From Cyanobacteria bacterium auto_48_18 (GTDB taxonomy: Bacteria > Cyanobacteriota > Vampirovibrionia > Obscuribacterales > Obscuribacteraceae): 64,000 bases of DNA. How positions within the stretch are numbered: position 1 is the stretch's first letter; every line of letters begins with the position of its first letter. The notes beneath the pieces were generated by a model. It was not told the DNA's origin, did no database searches, and saw only the letters and a list, made by a program, of their open reading frames with translations. The DNA lies in the NCBI GenBank assembly GCA_036170915.1, contig JAVHQC010000026.1:1-64000 (forward strand). Direction: 5' to 3'. The translations under genes were made by a program, and so were the position numbers. Shown piece after piece: positions 18,127 to 27,938 of this stretch.

Positions 18127-19804
18127 ACTTAAGCGACAACCTTTAGTTCTGCTCTCCTGTTCTAACAATCAGAATCAGTCTTTGAAATTTTCCAACAGCA
18201 TTGGTCGGGCAAAAGTTTTGATTTGCTCGAAGGAAGCTGAACGCGAAAATATTCATCCAGGCATGACATTTACAGAAGCAAGGGCAATTTGTTCACACCT
18301 AGTTTGGAGAGAGTACGATGACAAGTTTTACAAGAGTGCGCAGAAGAAATTGGCCAGGGAACTCATTGCCGCGTCTCCACGTGTTAGCACTGGTGAATCA
18401 GGACATTTCTTCTTTGACGCTGAGGGGTTTAATCGCCTGGGCGGCGAAAATAAGCTTTGCCGAGATGTACTTAAGTTGGTTAGTCGTTATGGTTTTGTCG
18501 ACGGCCATATTGGCCTCGCTGATTGCGCTTTTGCAGCAAGGGTAGCCAGTCGTTCGAAATCGAAACGCTGGTATATCGTTAACCCGGGCTGCGACAAGGC
18601 TTTCCTTTCGCCTCTTTCAATCGACTTCCTGCCTGTCACGGAAGAGGCGAAAGGAAATTTAAAAGAACTGGGAATTAGAACTATCGGCCAGTTTACGGAG
18701 GTGCCGGTGACGTCCTATGCTGGGCGTTTTGATCAAAGTGTTCTTATTGCATATGATTTAGCTTGTGGAAGAGATAATACTCAGCCGGCATTACCACTGG
18801 TTGAAAAGCAATTTCAGTGCATTATCGATATTGGTTCGGCAACAGAATCGCTGAAAGAAACTCTATTTGTTTTTAAAACAATGTTGGAGCGTCTTACGCG
18901 TGAATTGCAAAACAATGGACTGACTGCCGATGAGCTCACAGTCACATTTTTCAATGATAACGATAAATTTGACGAGCGAACAATCAAACTCATTCGTTCA
19001 TCTCACAACAGCAGATTTCTTCTGGATGTATTGAGATTGTCTCTGGAATCAAAACCATTAATTCGTGAATTTACTGCTATTCATCTTTCTGTATCAAGGT
19101 TTTCACGCGAGTATTTTGAACAGAAAAAAGCAACGATCTCAAAAGATTCTTCTTCTCGAGAAGAGCTCTTACTTAACGGAGGTGATGAACTCGATGATTC
19201 TTCCGAGCCTGTAATGCTGCTTTTGCAGCGCTTTATGACCAGATTAGGTGAAGACGCATTAGTTAAACCGGTACTCAATGATCAATATATGCCTGAACAA
19301 GCTGGTGTATGGGTGCCGGTGGTTAATGCCAGTCAATTATCAACATCAACTCCAGTAAACGATGAATTTATCCAACGCTTTTCTGATGTAAAAACTACCA
19401 ATCAAACTAGAAAGGACTGCTTGATGCCTGGATTAGTGCTAAAGCGTCACACACCGGCCATGCCGGTTTTTGTTCAATTTAAAGACAATGATTCAAAAGA
19501 ACGTGACCATGGTGAAATAGATAGTAAAACTCCATTTAAGCCTGCTGCCGTTACTTATCGAGGTCAGTGGTATCACGTCAATCAAATTACAACACCAGAG
19601 CGAATTTCTGGTATGTGGTGGGAGAAGCCGGTACGTAAATCGTATTACGTAGCTTTGATAGAGAAGAAACCTGAATTTGCTGCACTTTCTCGGGCCGGAT
19701 ATAAATCAGCCGGCGTGCGCTCAATTCTTCCCAACCTTATGACTGTTTTGCTTGTTTATGATCATCAAGAGCGCGGCTGGTATGTGGAAGGAGTTTTTGA
19801 CTAA
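18059..19804 (+). CDS. imuB: ImuB: catalytically inactive Y-family polymerase
   Basis: GMTFTEARAIC, LGIRTIGQF, RLGEDA, PERI..WW..RKSYY, WYVEGVFD; the DE catalytic motif is replaced (ESGHFFFD). Confidence 0.88.
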   Translation: MSRIACLRIPKFQIEVHLKAEPELKRQPLVLLSCSNNQNQSLKFSNSIGRAKVLICSKEAERENIHPGMTFTEARAICSHLVWREYDDKFYKSAQKKLARELIAASPRVSTGESGHFFFDAEGFNRLGGENKLCRDVLKLVSRYGFVDGHIGLADCAFAARVASRSKSKRWYIVNPGCDKAFLSPLSIDFLPVTEEAKGNLKELGIRTIGQFTEVPVTSYAGRFDQSVLIAYDLACGRDNTQPALPLVEKQFQCIIDIGSATESLKETLFVFKTMLERLTRELQNNGLTADELTVTFFNDNDKFDERTIKLIRSSHNSRFLLDVLRLSLESKPLIREFTAIHLSVSRFSREYFEQKKATISKDSSSREELLLNGGDELDDSSEPVMLLLQRFMTRLGEDALVKPVLNDQYMPEQAGVWVPVVNASQLSTSTPVNDEFIQRFSDVKTTNQTRKDCLMPGLVLKRHTPAMPVFVQFKDNDSKERDHGEIDSKTPFKPAAVTYRGQWYHVNQITTPERISGMWWEKPVRKSYYVALIEKKPEFAALSRAGYKSAGVRSILPNLMTVLLVYDHQERGWYVEGVFD

Positions 19805-19814
19805 TTAGGTAACA

Positions 19815-22800
19815 ATGCCCAGATATGCAGAACTTCATTGTCACTCGGCCTTTTCTTTTTTAGATGGGGCATCAAACCCTGAAGAACTGGCATATCGGGC
19901 AAAACAACTTGGTCTTGATGCGCTTGCTCTAACCGACCATGATGATCTGGGGGGCATACCCAGATTTGCTCACGCTGCCAGAGAAGTATCTCTGGAAGCA
20001 ATTGTTGGTGCTGAGTTAACTCTAGAGGACGAGTCTCACATTATTGTGCTAGTCAAAGATCTGACCGGATATCGCAATCTTTGTGCCCTTGTCACTCTAG
20101 CTAGATCTGAAGCCGATAGAGGCAACCCGCGCATAACTTATGATCAGCTTTTTTCTAGAGCGCAGGGTCTTGTTGCTCTGTCTGGTTGCCCTCATGGCGC
20201 AATTCCAACTGCTTTAGCAAGTGGTGAGACACTTGTAGCCAGACGACATTTAAAACGCTTTGTGGAAGTATTTAGTGAAGATTTCTTCTTAGAAGTTGGA
20301 CATCATTATATTACTCAAGAGTCTTTAATCACCAGACAGTTGATCGAAATTGCCAGTTCTACTGGTACACCATGGGTGGTGACTAATAACGTGCACTATG
20401 CCGGTAGTGAAAAGCGCATAGTTCATGATGTACTGACTTGTCTTAAGCATAAAGTTACTTTACCTCAGGCTGGGCGCAGACTGAGGCCCAACGGCAGCTG
20501 GTATATGAAGTCGGCTGATGAAATGGCTCATATGTGGCGCCACAATATGGTTGGTATCAAGAATACTTTGCTGGTGGCCGAACGCTGTCAATTTAGACTA
20601 GGATGGTTAGAGCCGCCATTGCCTTCTTTTTCTTTTACTGAAGCAGTGGCAAAAGAATCTGGAATTTCAATTTCACTTTTAGAAATACCTGATGTGGCTG
20701 ACCCTAAAGCAACTGACACGGTTTTACTTGATAGCGAATCTGGCACTCGTGCTACGCAGGTAAGTTATCCTGGTTTGCTTGAGCATTTAGTCTGGTCAGG
20801 TGCCGCCAAACGTTACGATGACTTGACCGATGTGCATCGTAAACAGTTAAATCATGAGCTCAGTTTGATCAACAAACTCAAACTAGCGCCATATTTTTTG
20901 ATTATGTGGGACATTGTACGCTTCGCTCGCTCGCAAGGAATCGCTGTACAGGGTCGTGGCTCTGCTGCTAATTCGGCCATTTGTTATTGCCTGATGATTA
21001 CGGCAGTGGACCCTATTGCTATGGATTTATTGTTTGAGCGCTTTTTATCTGAAGGTCGCACTGAGCCGCCTGATATCGATTTAGATATTGCTCACCAGGA
21101 GCGAGAGATTGTTTTGCAATATGTCTATGAGAAGTATGGACGTGCACACGCTGCCATGGTCTGCGAAGTGATAACTTATCGCGGACGCTCGGCTACAAGA
21201 GACGCAGCCAGAGTGCTTGGGTTTTCTCAAGAGCAAGCTGACTTGCTCTCAAGAGAAGCCCGTCACGGCGAAGCTCAAGATGCGGCAGCTAATTTGGCAA
21301 ATGGTGGTTTAGAGAGACTCGGATTTGATATTAACGACAGGCGAGTTAAACTCTTAGTTAAAGTGATTGATGGTTTGCATCAATTACCCCGTCACCGTTC
21401 GATTCACGTGGGTGGATTCGTTCTTTCTGGCCAGCCTATCGGTGAAATCGTGCCGGTTGAGAATGCGGCCATGGAGAAGCGCACCGTCATTCAATGGGAT
21501 AAAGATGATATCGATTTGGTTGGTTTGATCAAAATTGATTTACTGGGGCTTGGTATGTTGACCATGCTGCAGGAAGGTCTTAAGTTGATTGAGAAGCATC
21601 GAGGTCAAACTATAGATATCGGTAAGCTCAATATGACTGATCCGGCCATTTATCAGATGTTGCAGAAGGCTGATACAGTGGGAGTATTTCAGGTTGAATC
21701 GCGTGCGCAAATGAATATTTTGCCCAAGCTCAGGCCAACTTGCTTTTATGACATTATTGTTTCCATTGCTCTAATTCGACCTGGTCCAATTCAAGGAAAT
21801 ATTGTTCATCCTTATTTGAAAAGACGACGAGGCGAAGAGAAAGTTGAGTATCTTCATCCTAGTCTTGAGCCGATTCTTAAGCGCACTCTGGGTGTACCTC
21901 TATTTCAAGAGCAGGGTATGAAACTAGCAGTGACGGCTGCTGATTTCACCGCTTCTGAAGCTGACCAGCTGCGCAAAGTTATGAGTCATAAACGCTCGAA
22001 AGAAAAGATGGCTAAGCTCTGTGTCAAGCTGGCTGATGGTATGAAAAAAAATGGTTTTACTGATGAAGCAATCAAAACCATTACTCACCAGCTACAGGCT
22101 TTTGCCAATTATGGTTTTCCTGAAAGTCATGCTGCTTCTTTTTCGTTATTGGTTTATGCTTCGGCGCACCTTAAACTCTATTATCACTCTGAGTTTTGTT
22201 GTGCTATTTTAAATGCCCAGCCGATGGGCTTCTATAGCCCAGCATCATTGATTCGCGATGCTACGCATCATGGCGTTAAAATCAGGCCGGTAGATCTGGC
22301 TCATAGCTATTGGAATTGCACTTTAGAAGAAGACGCCACCAGTAGTGGTGGTCTCGCTGTACGATTGGGCTTGCGATTTATCGATGGATTAGGAAACAGA
22401 AGTTCTGAGGCTCTTGAGCAATCATGGAAAAGTGGTGGATTATTTACATCAGTTGAAGATGTGGTATCACGCAGTGGTCTGATGCCCAGTGATCTCAAAT
22501 TCTTGGCTAAGGCCGGTGCTTTTGAAACGCTTTGCCCTGATAGACGTCAGGCTCTGTGGCGTGTACTGTCCTTATTACGACCAAAAAAATCTATGCCATT
22601 GCTTGAAGCTCTGGTGGCAGAAGATCAATTAGATGCTAGTGGAAAAGCTATTGATTGTCTTTATGAGTCACCAGTACAATTGCCGCTAATGAGTGAACTG
22701 GAAGAAGTGGTATCAGACTATCGCACCATGGGATTATCTACGGGCAAACATCCTATGGCGTTTTATCGAGTTTGGACCAAGGCGAATAAAATACATTCTT

Positions 22801-23111
22801 GTCTTGATCTATATTCACAAGAAGATGGTGAAGAAGTGGCTGTTGCCGGAGGAGTTATTTGTCGTCAAAGGCCCCAAACCGCAAAAGGCTTTGTTTTTCT
22901 CACTTTAGAAGATGAAACCGGTATGGCCAATGTGATTATCAAACCAAAACTATTTGAAATTTATCGGCAGGTTGTATTGAATTCGTCGCTGCTAAAAGTC
23001 GAAGGATTATTGCAATTGGAAGAAGGTGTCTGCAACGTCATTGCCAGGCATTTCGAAGCCCTGCCACCACTAAAGGAAGATTTGTATTTGCCGGCGAGAA
23101 ATTTCCACTAA
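19815..23111 (+). CDS. dnaE2: Error-prone DNA polymerase III alpha (DnaE2/ImuC)
   Basis: YAELHCHSAFSFLDGAS, GRGSAANS, PDIDLD, FQVESRAQ, GFPESHAASF, RQRPQTAKG, C-terminal ARNFH (S/ARDFH-like tail). Confidence 0.96.
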   Translation: MPRYAELHCHSAFSFLDGASNPEELAYRAKQLGLDALALTDHDDLGGIPRFAHAAREVSLEAIVGAELTLEDESHIIVLVKDLTGYRNLCALVTLARSEADRGNPRITYDQLFSRAQGLVALSGCPHGAIPTALASGETLVARRHLKRFVEVFSEDFFLEVGHHYITQESLITRQLIEIASSTGTPWVVTNNVHYAGSEKRIVHDVLTCLKHKVTLPQAGRRLRPNGSWYMKSADEMAHMWRHNMVGIKNTLLVAERCQFRLGWLEPPLPSFSFTEAVAKESGISISLLEIPDVADPKATDTVLLDSESGTRATQVSYPGLLEHLVWSGAAKRYDDLTDVHRKQLNHELSLINKLKLAPYFLIMWDIVRFARSQGIAVQGRGSAANSAICYCLMITAVDPIAMDLLFERFLSEGRTEPPDIDLDIAHQEREIVLQYVYEKYGRAHAAMVCEVITYRGRSATRDAARVLGFSQEQADLLSREARHGEAQDAAANLANGGLERLGFDINDRRVKLLVKVIDGLHQLPRHRSIHVGGFVLSGQPIGEIVPVENAAMEKRTVIQWDKDDIDLVGLIKIDLLGLGMLTMLQEGLKLIEKHRGQTIDIGKLNMTDPAIYQMLQKADTVGVFQVESRAQMNILPKLRPTCFYDIIVSIALIRPGPIQGNIVHPYLKRRRGEEKVEYLHPSLEPILKRTLGVPLFQEQGMKLAVTAADFTASEADQLRKVMSHKRSKEKMAKLCVKLADGMKKNGFTDEAIKTITHQLQAFANYGFPESHAASFSLLVYASAHLKLYYHSEFCCAILNAQPMGFYSPASLIRDATHHGVKIRPVDLAHSYWNCTLEEDATSSGGLAVRLGLRFIDGLGNRSSEALEQSWKSGGLFTSVEDVVSRSGLMPSDLKFLAKAGAFETLCPDRRQALWRVLSLLRPKKSMPLLEALVAEDQLDASGKAIDCLYESPVQLPLMSELEEVVSDYRTMGLSTGKHPMAFYRVWTKANKIHSCLDLYSQEDGEEVAVAGGVICRQRPQTAKGFVFLTLEDETGMANVIIKPKLFEIYRQVVLNSSLLKVEGLLQLEEGVCNVIARHFEALPPLKEDLYLPARNFH

Positions 23112-23133
23112 ACTAACAATTTCATTTTAAATT

Positions 23134-23700
23134 TTAAAAATTGATCTGCTCATTATCAAAACTTTTAATGGCAGCTAAAGATTCAATGGGAATATTCAGG
23201 TGACCCAGCGCCGCTCGGCCGCCTTCGAATGTTTTTTCTATCACTGCGCCAATGCCCACCAGCTCAGCCCCGCTGGATGCCACGATATTTACTAAGGCTG
23301 TAATGGTGCGAGCGCTGGCAAGAAAATCGTCGAGAATAATGACGCGATCGTCAGCCTTTAAATATTCAGGTGAAACGATCAAATCAACAATGGTTCCTTT
23401 GGTATGAGATTCGGCGCGTTCAGTAAATGGATTAGCGGCCATGGTCACAGGTTTGTGTTTGCGTGCAAATACCAGAGGTAATTCTAAAATCATGGCACAT
23501 GCTAAAGCCGGTGCGATGCCACTGGTTTCGGCTGTGAGAATGCGTGTGGCTTTGACCGATTTAAATCTATTGGCAAATTCTTGACCAATTTCTTTCATCA
23601 ATGCAGGATCTATCTGGTGATTCATAAATGAATCAACTTTGAGTATGCCTTTACCCAAATATTTTCCTTCGTTGAGAATTTTGTCTTTGAGAATTTGCAT
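23134..23700 (-). CDS. xpt: Xanthine phosphoribosyltransferase
   Basis: ILKVDSFMNHQIDP, FARK, ILDDFLA, IEKTFEGGR. Confidence 0.93.
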   Translation of the reverse strand: MQILKDKILNEGKYLGKGILKVDSFMNHQIDPALMKEIGQEFANRFKSVKATRILTAETSGIAPALACAMILELPLVFARKHKPVTMAANPFTERAESHTKGTIVDLIVSPEYLKADDRVIILDDFLASARTITALVNIVASSGAELVGIGAVIEKTFEGGRAALGHLNIPIESLAAIKSFDNEQINF

Positions 23701-23749
23701 CTAAAATTACCTGTAACTCTTCCTGTGCACTACCTGAATATGCGGCTAA

Positions 23750-25129
23750 CTATTTGTTGCTGCTAGTTATGTCAACTGGAGGCTTAGGCTCCCATGCTTC
23801 TGGCTTATAGTCAAGTTCACTGTAACGTTTAAGCTCGGCCGCGCCCTCTGTTGCTCTGTTGAGGGCAAAAAGTATTAGAGCATAATGATAATGGTAGCCA
23901 CCATCTTTGTCGTTGCGCTTGATAGCTTCTCTCAGATCGTCGGCCGCTTGTTGATGTTGGCCAAGAAAGTAGTAAACCATTCCCCTGGTATCATAGGCAG
24001 TGTCAATTGGTTTCATCTTTATTGAATGATTTGCGTCGTCCAGTGCGCCTTTATATGAGCCCTGAGCTAATTTGTACCAGGCGCGGTTGTTGAAGAGCAG
24101 GGCGTCTTTGGGCGTTTTAACAATGGCCTCATCCATATCGGCCACCGCTTTATCTTCTTGTTTAAGCAAATGATGTATTTGTGCTCGCGTTATGTAAGGC
24201 ACTGGATCTCTTGCACCAGCAGCAATGACATGATTGATATCTTCTAAAGCTTTGTCATACTGCTCTATTTCCATAAAGGCCCGGGCTCTATCTTTTAGTA
24301 TTGAAGCATCGTTTGGCCTGTAGCTGAGTGCGCTATCAAGCAATTCAATGCCATGAAGAAACTTCTTTTGTTTCAAAAACACATTTGCCGCTCGATGGTC
24401 TAGGTAACTTTTGACGTCGTTATTGTTCTCCAATCGTTGCGTGTCGCAAGCAATTAAGACTGGCACCACCATTGTTAGAGCCAGGGCTTTTGCCGGGTCA
24501 GAATTGAACAAATTGGCGCGACTGGATTTTTTGCCGGTCAAGAATATTCCTGCCACAATGCCTGCAGCAAAACCACTTAAGTGGGCGGCATTATCGATGA
24601 AGGTGCTGGTCAATCCGAGCACGGCGCTGTAAAGCAAAAAGACACTGAGCAGCACCAGCTGAGGTCGCGTCAGGCGTACTGCAATATTGGCGCGTTTGAG
24701 CCACGAGCTGACCATAAAAGCACCGATGATGCCAAGGTTTGCGCCGGAGCAACCCACTGAAGTGTTGGTTGGATTGGCGAGAATGCTTGCGAGCCCACCA
24801 ATTATTCCGCTCAGAATAAAAATGAATAGAAATCGCCAGCGACCTAGCGCCGTTTCGGCCATGGGCCCGAAGCCCAAAAGTGCGTATAAATTGAGGGCCA
24901 GATGCAAAATTCCGGCGTGAACAAAAATTGCCGTAAACAAGCGCCAGTAGGCTGCTTTGTCGATGGTCTCCGGACCAAAGCTGGCACCCCAGTTAATCAG
25001 CTGATCGCCGTCGGGCTTTAGCCAGTCGCAGCCGCCAGCAGTTTGCGCTACATACACCATGGCGCAAATAGCGGCCAGAGTGTAGGTTACTGCTTTTTGT
25101 TTAGGTGCATTGAACGGGTCGATTGCGAT
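23750..25129 (-). CDS. Rhomboid intramembrane serine protease fused to TPR repeats
   Basis: YWRLFTAIFVHAGILHLALN, GCSG, AHLSG; C-terminal TPRs; start uncertain (ATG 25060 vs ATC 25129). Confidence 0.9.
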   Translation of the reverse strand: MAIDPFNAPKQKAVTYTLAAICAMVYVAQTAGGCDWLKPDGDQLINWGASFGPETIDKAAYWRLFTAIFVHAGILHLALNLYALLGFGPMAETALGRWRFLFIFILSGIIGGLASILANPTNTSVGCSGANLGIIGAFMVSSWLKRANIAVRLTRPQLVLLSVFLLYSAVLGLTSTFIDNAAHLSGFAAGIVAGIFLTGKKSSRANLFNSDPAKALALTMVVPVLIACDTQRLENNNDVKSYLDHRAANVFLKQKKFLHGIELLDSALSYRPNDASILKDRARAFMEIEQYDKALEDINHVIAAGARDPVPYITRAQIHHLLKQEDKAVADMDEAIVKTPKDALLFNNRAWYKLAQGSYKGALDDANHSIKMKPIDTAYDTRGMVYYFLGQHQQAADDLREAIKRNDKDGGYHYHYALILFALNRATEGAAELKRYSELDYKPEAWEPKPPVDITSSNK

Positions 25130-25279
25130 TGCGTACTATCCTGTATTGATTGTCACCAGCTTCGATTTTAGCTAAATTGCCGATGCTAGATAAGTGTGAT
25201 TTCCCCACTCAGCATGTATTGATTGAAAGGAAGCTCGCGCCACCGTGGGATAATATTTCACCACCGATGGAGTGCTTTC

Positions 25280-25732
25280 ATGAAGGTGATGATCTCGCTT
25301 GACAGTTCCCCGAGCTCGCAAAGGGCCGTGGAATTTCTTTTGAACCGCCCGTGGCTTGCCGACGACGAATTTTTGATTGTCAGTGTGGCCGACGCGGATC
25401 GCGGCGATATGAGTTTAGGCAGCGCCATGACCAAGCCTAACCAAACTTTCAATGCCGAGTCCAATAGAATTATTCAAGAAGCGCAAGTGGAATTGCGCAA
25501 AATACTTCCGGACCACAAAATTAGTACAAAGACATTGTCTGGGCCAATCAAGCAAGCGATTGTTGACTACGCTAAACATTGGAGCGCTGACCTGATTATT
25601 TTAGGCTCGCAAGGTAGACAAGGGTTGAACAGATTGATGCTCGGAAGCGTGGCTGAAGAAGTGTTGCGAGATGCACCATGTTCGGTGCAGATCGTCAGGC
25701 GAAAATACAGCCGGCAGGAAGATAAAGTGTAA
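25280..25732 (+). CDS. Universal stress protein
   Basis: ISLDSS, LIILGSQGRQG..LGSVAEEV..APCSV. Confidence 0.92.
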   Translation: MKVMISLDSSPSSQRAVEFLLNRPWLADDEFLIVSVADADRGDMSLGSAMTKPNQTFNAESNRIIQEAQVELRKILPDHKISTKTLSGPIKQAIVDYAKHWSADLIILGSQGRQGLNRLMLGSVAEEVLRDAPCSVQIVRRKYSRQEDKV

Positions 25733-25764
25733 ACTTACAGTGGCTGTAGGTAAGAAGGTGAAAT

Positions 25765-26214
25765 ATGCGTGTAATGATTCCCATTGACGGCTCTGAATGC
25801 TCAAAGGCAGCCGTTGAGTATGTAGTTGAGCGCCCTTGGAAAGCTGACGACACTTTTTTGATTGTGCATGTTGTTGAGCCCATCCCGGTAGACATCGGCA
25901 TCGCTTATGTTCCTGGTGCTTACAGTCCCGACGACCCTGCAGCCTTTGAGCAATCCGAAGCTCTGCTAAAAGTTGTCGAAGGTGAGCTTCGTGCAACGCT
26001 GGTTGGCCAAACCATCGAGCACAAGGTAACTGGTGGATCAGCTAAGGCTGAGCTTGTTGATCTAACTAAAGAATGGAAAGCAGACATGATCGTCATGGGT
26101 TCGCATGACCGTCATGGCTTTAATCGCCTCTTGCTTGGATCGATGGCCGAAGATCTTATGAAAGCAGCCCACTGCTCGATCACAATTGTGAGAAATTTCA
26201 ATTGCACCAAATAG
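25765..26214 (+). CDS. Universal stress protein (tandem paralog)
   Basis: IPIDGSE, MIVMGSHDRHG..LGSMAE. Confidence 0.92.
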   Translation: MRVMIPIDGSECSKAAVEYVVERPWKADDTFLIVHVVEPIPVDIGIAYVPGAYSPDDPAAFEQSEALLKVVEGELRATLVGQTIEHKVTGGSAKAELVDLTKEWKADMIVMGSHDRHGFNRLLLGSMAEDLMKAAHCSITIVRNFNCTK

Positions 26215-26230
26215 GGTGGCAGATAGTTAG

Positions 26231-26713
26231 TTAGTCTGCGTTGCGACGCTTTTGCTTTTCGACTCTGGATACTAAATATGCACCCACAGCCAGGCCGATT
26301 ATTCCGGTTGCAATTGCTGGCGCCCAGGTCATCTTCACTGTGTCACTTTCAGAAATTAGCAACCATCTTTTGCCAAATTCGAAATAGCTGATGGCTGCTC
26401 CAAGTGCTAGTGACCATGCAGCCGTCTTAGAGTTATCGGCATACCAACTTATTATTCGCAACCAAGCGTAATTTATGACTGGTGCAAGGACGAAAAGCAG
26501 AAAGGCATAGACCATATTTACGACTTGAGATAGCTCTACCAATTTTCCAAAAAGCTGGAAAGCTAAACAGATTAACCATGAGGCGGGCCACACTAAGACT
26601 ATAGCTCCAACAAGCGCTGTGATAGCTAAAATCCAGCCGTTGACAAAGCCAAGAACCAGGCAGAGCAGTGAGAATGCAGTAGTGTTACCGGTAGATTTTG
26701 GAGTTCTTGTCAT
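26231..26713 (-). CDS. Hypothetical membrane protein
   Basis: Four to five hydrophobic segments. Confidence 0.6.
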   Translation of the reverse strand: MTRTPKSTGNTTAFSLLCLVLGFVNGWILAITALVGAIVLVWPASWLICLAFQLFGKLVELSQVVNMVYAFLLFVLAPVINYAWLRIISWYADNSKTAAWSLALGAAISYFEFGKRWLLISESDTVKMTWAPAIATGIIGLAVGAYLVSRVEKQKRRNAD

Positions 26714-26751
26714 TTGGGCTAGCCGTCGTGCCTCGATAGGGTAAAAAACGG

Positions 26752-26802
26752 AAAATTCCTGCTTTCAGAAAAACCTTGAGTTTTTCTGAAAGCAGGAATT
26801 TT
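26752..26802. repeat. Perfect 23-bp inverted repeat with 5-nt loop
   Basis: AAAATTCCTGCTTTCAGAAAAAC-CTTGA-GTTTTTCTGAAAGCAGGAATTTT. Confidence 0.95.
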
Positions 26803-26804
26803 GT

Positions 26805-27938
26805 CTAGTGTGCGTAGGCTCCGGGCACGGCTTTCTCACAGCGACCATGCTTAAAATAAAGGTCTACGAAGCTAGAGGAATCTGTTAAATATTCGACGAA
26901 GGGGTGACCTTCCAATGCTCCATCCGGAATGCCCTCACGTGTAATTATTTGTTGGATAGTTTTACCAGGCGCAAATTCCATGATTTCTTTTTCTCGCCAT
27001 CTGCTGAAATTGAAATCATCAGCATCATCGTATATTTCGCAAATTATGCATTTGTGGTTCTTGAAAATGGCTCGCACTCGAACATTGGTCCCGCCGAACC
27101 GGTACAACCATATGTCATTGCCAGTCTTGGCGCAAAGCCAGCCAGGTATGTTGTGACCTTTATACAGTGGTGCACCAGCTAGATTAAAAATGTCTTGCTC
27201 GTTTTTTCCGATAGCAGTTGCACAAAATCTCTCTGAGGCCTCAACTTCGACCTGACCAAAGCCTCGTTCCCAGGCAGCATGAAATCCGATCGTTCGGTAG
27301 TTCTTGAGCTTGCGATAAATTCGATTTTCTAGTTTGCCTTTTTGCAATTTTTGGTTGGGTAGAACTTTTAAAAGAGGGTGATATTTCACGTCTGGAACGT
27401 CTTTTGGAAAAATACGATCCTCAAACTCTTTTTCCCAATTTGCAACTGATGCACTTATGCACTGATCACCGCTAAAAGTAAGTTTTAGCGGAATTTGGTT
27501 TCCCCCAAATTTGTACATCCAAAGCACTCTTCCAAGTGTAATTTCTGCTAAATCCTGATGGCCTACCCTATATGGCGCTTGTCCAAGCATATGTTCAATC
27601 TCATTCATTTTCGAACCAATTAGAGATTTACAGCACTGTAAGGCCGCTTCCCTCTCAGCTCGATTAAAATCTCGGCTCCAAATAACATTACAAACAGGCG
27701 GGCTGTAATGAGAAAGTTCGCTGAAATCTGACTTGGTCAAAGCTCTTTTACCCAGGCCATCACCGGCTTTCACATTTAAAATCGGGTGAGTTTGATCTTT
27801 GTATGAGCAGTGTTCGAAAATATATTGCGCTGGAGAATGATCAACAGGAGCTGAACAAACGCTTGAGCAGTTGTAGGTGACAAAAAAAATGAACAAACCG
27901 AGTGTATACGCCATCGTAAAGTGTGTTCTTGTTCTCAT
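26805..27938 (-). CDS. Exported hypothetical protein with three BamE/BLIP-like repeats
   Basis: Repeated IG...I...G.P...W.Y.FGG...F....C pattern; ATG 27938 overlaps the ackA stop. Confidence 0.6.
   Translation of the reverse strand: MRTRTHFTMAYTLGLFIFFVTYNCSSVCSAPVDHSPAQYIFEHCSYKDQTHPILNVKAGDGLGKRALTKSDFSELSHYSPPVCNVIWSRDFNRAEREAALQCCKSLIGSKMNEIEHMLGQAPYRVGHQDLAEITLGRVLWMYKFGGNQIPLKLTFSGDQCISASVANWEKEFEDRIFPKDVPDVKYHPLLKVLPNQKLQKGKLENRIYRKLKNYRTIGFHAAWERGFGQVEVEASERFCATAIGKNEQDIFNLAGAPLYKGHNIPGWLCAKTGNDIWLYRFGGTNVRVRAIFKNHKCIICEIYDDADDFNFSRWREKEIMEFAPGKTIQQIITREGIPDGALEGHPFVEYLTDSSSFVDLYFKHGRCEKAVPGAYAH

Noticed and set aside
20630..20770. Intein in DnaE2
   Set aside because: The ~45-aa insert is in the PHP-polymerase linker and lacks the C/S...HN splice motifs
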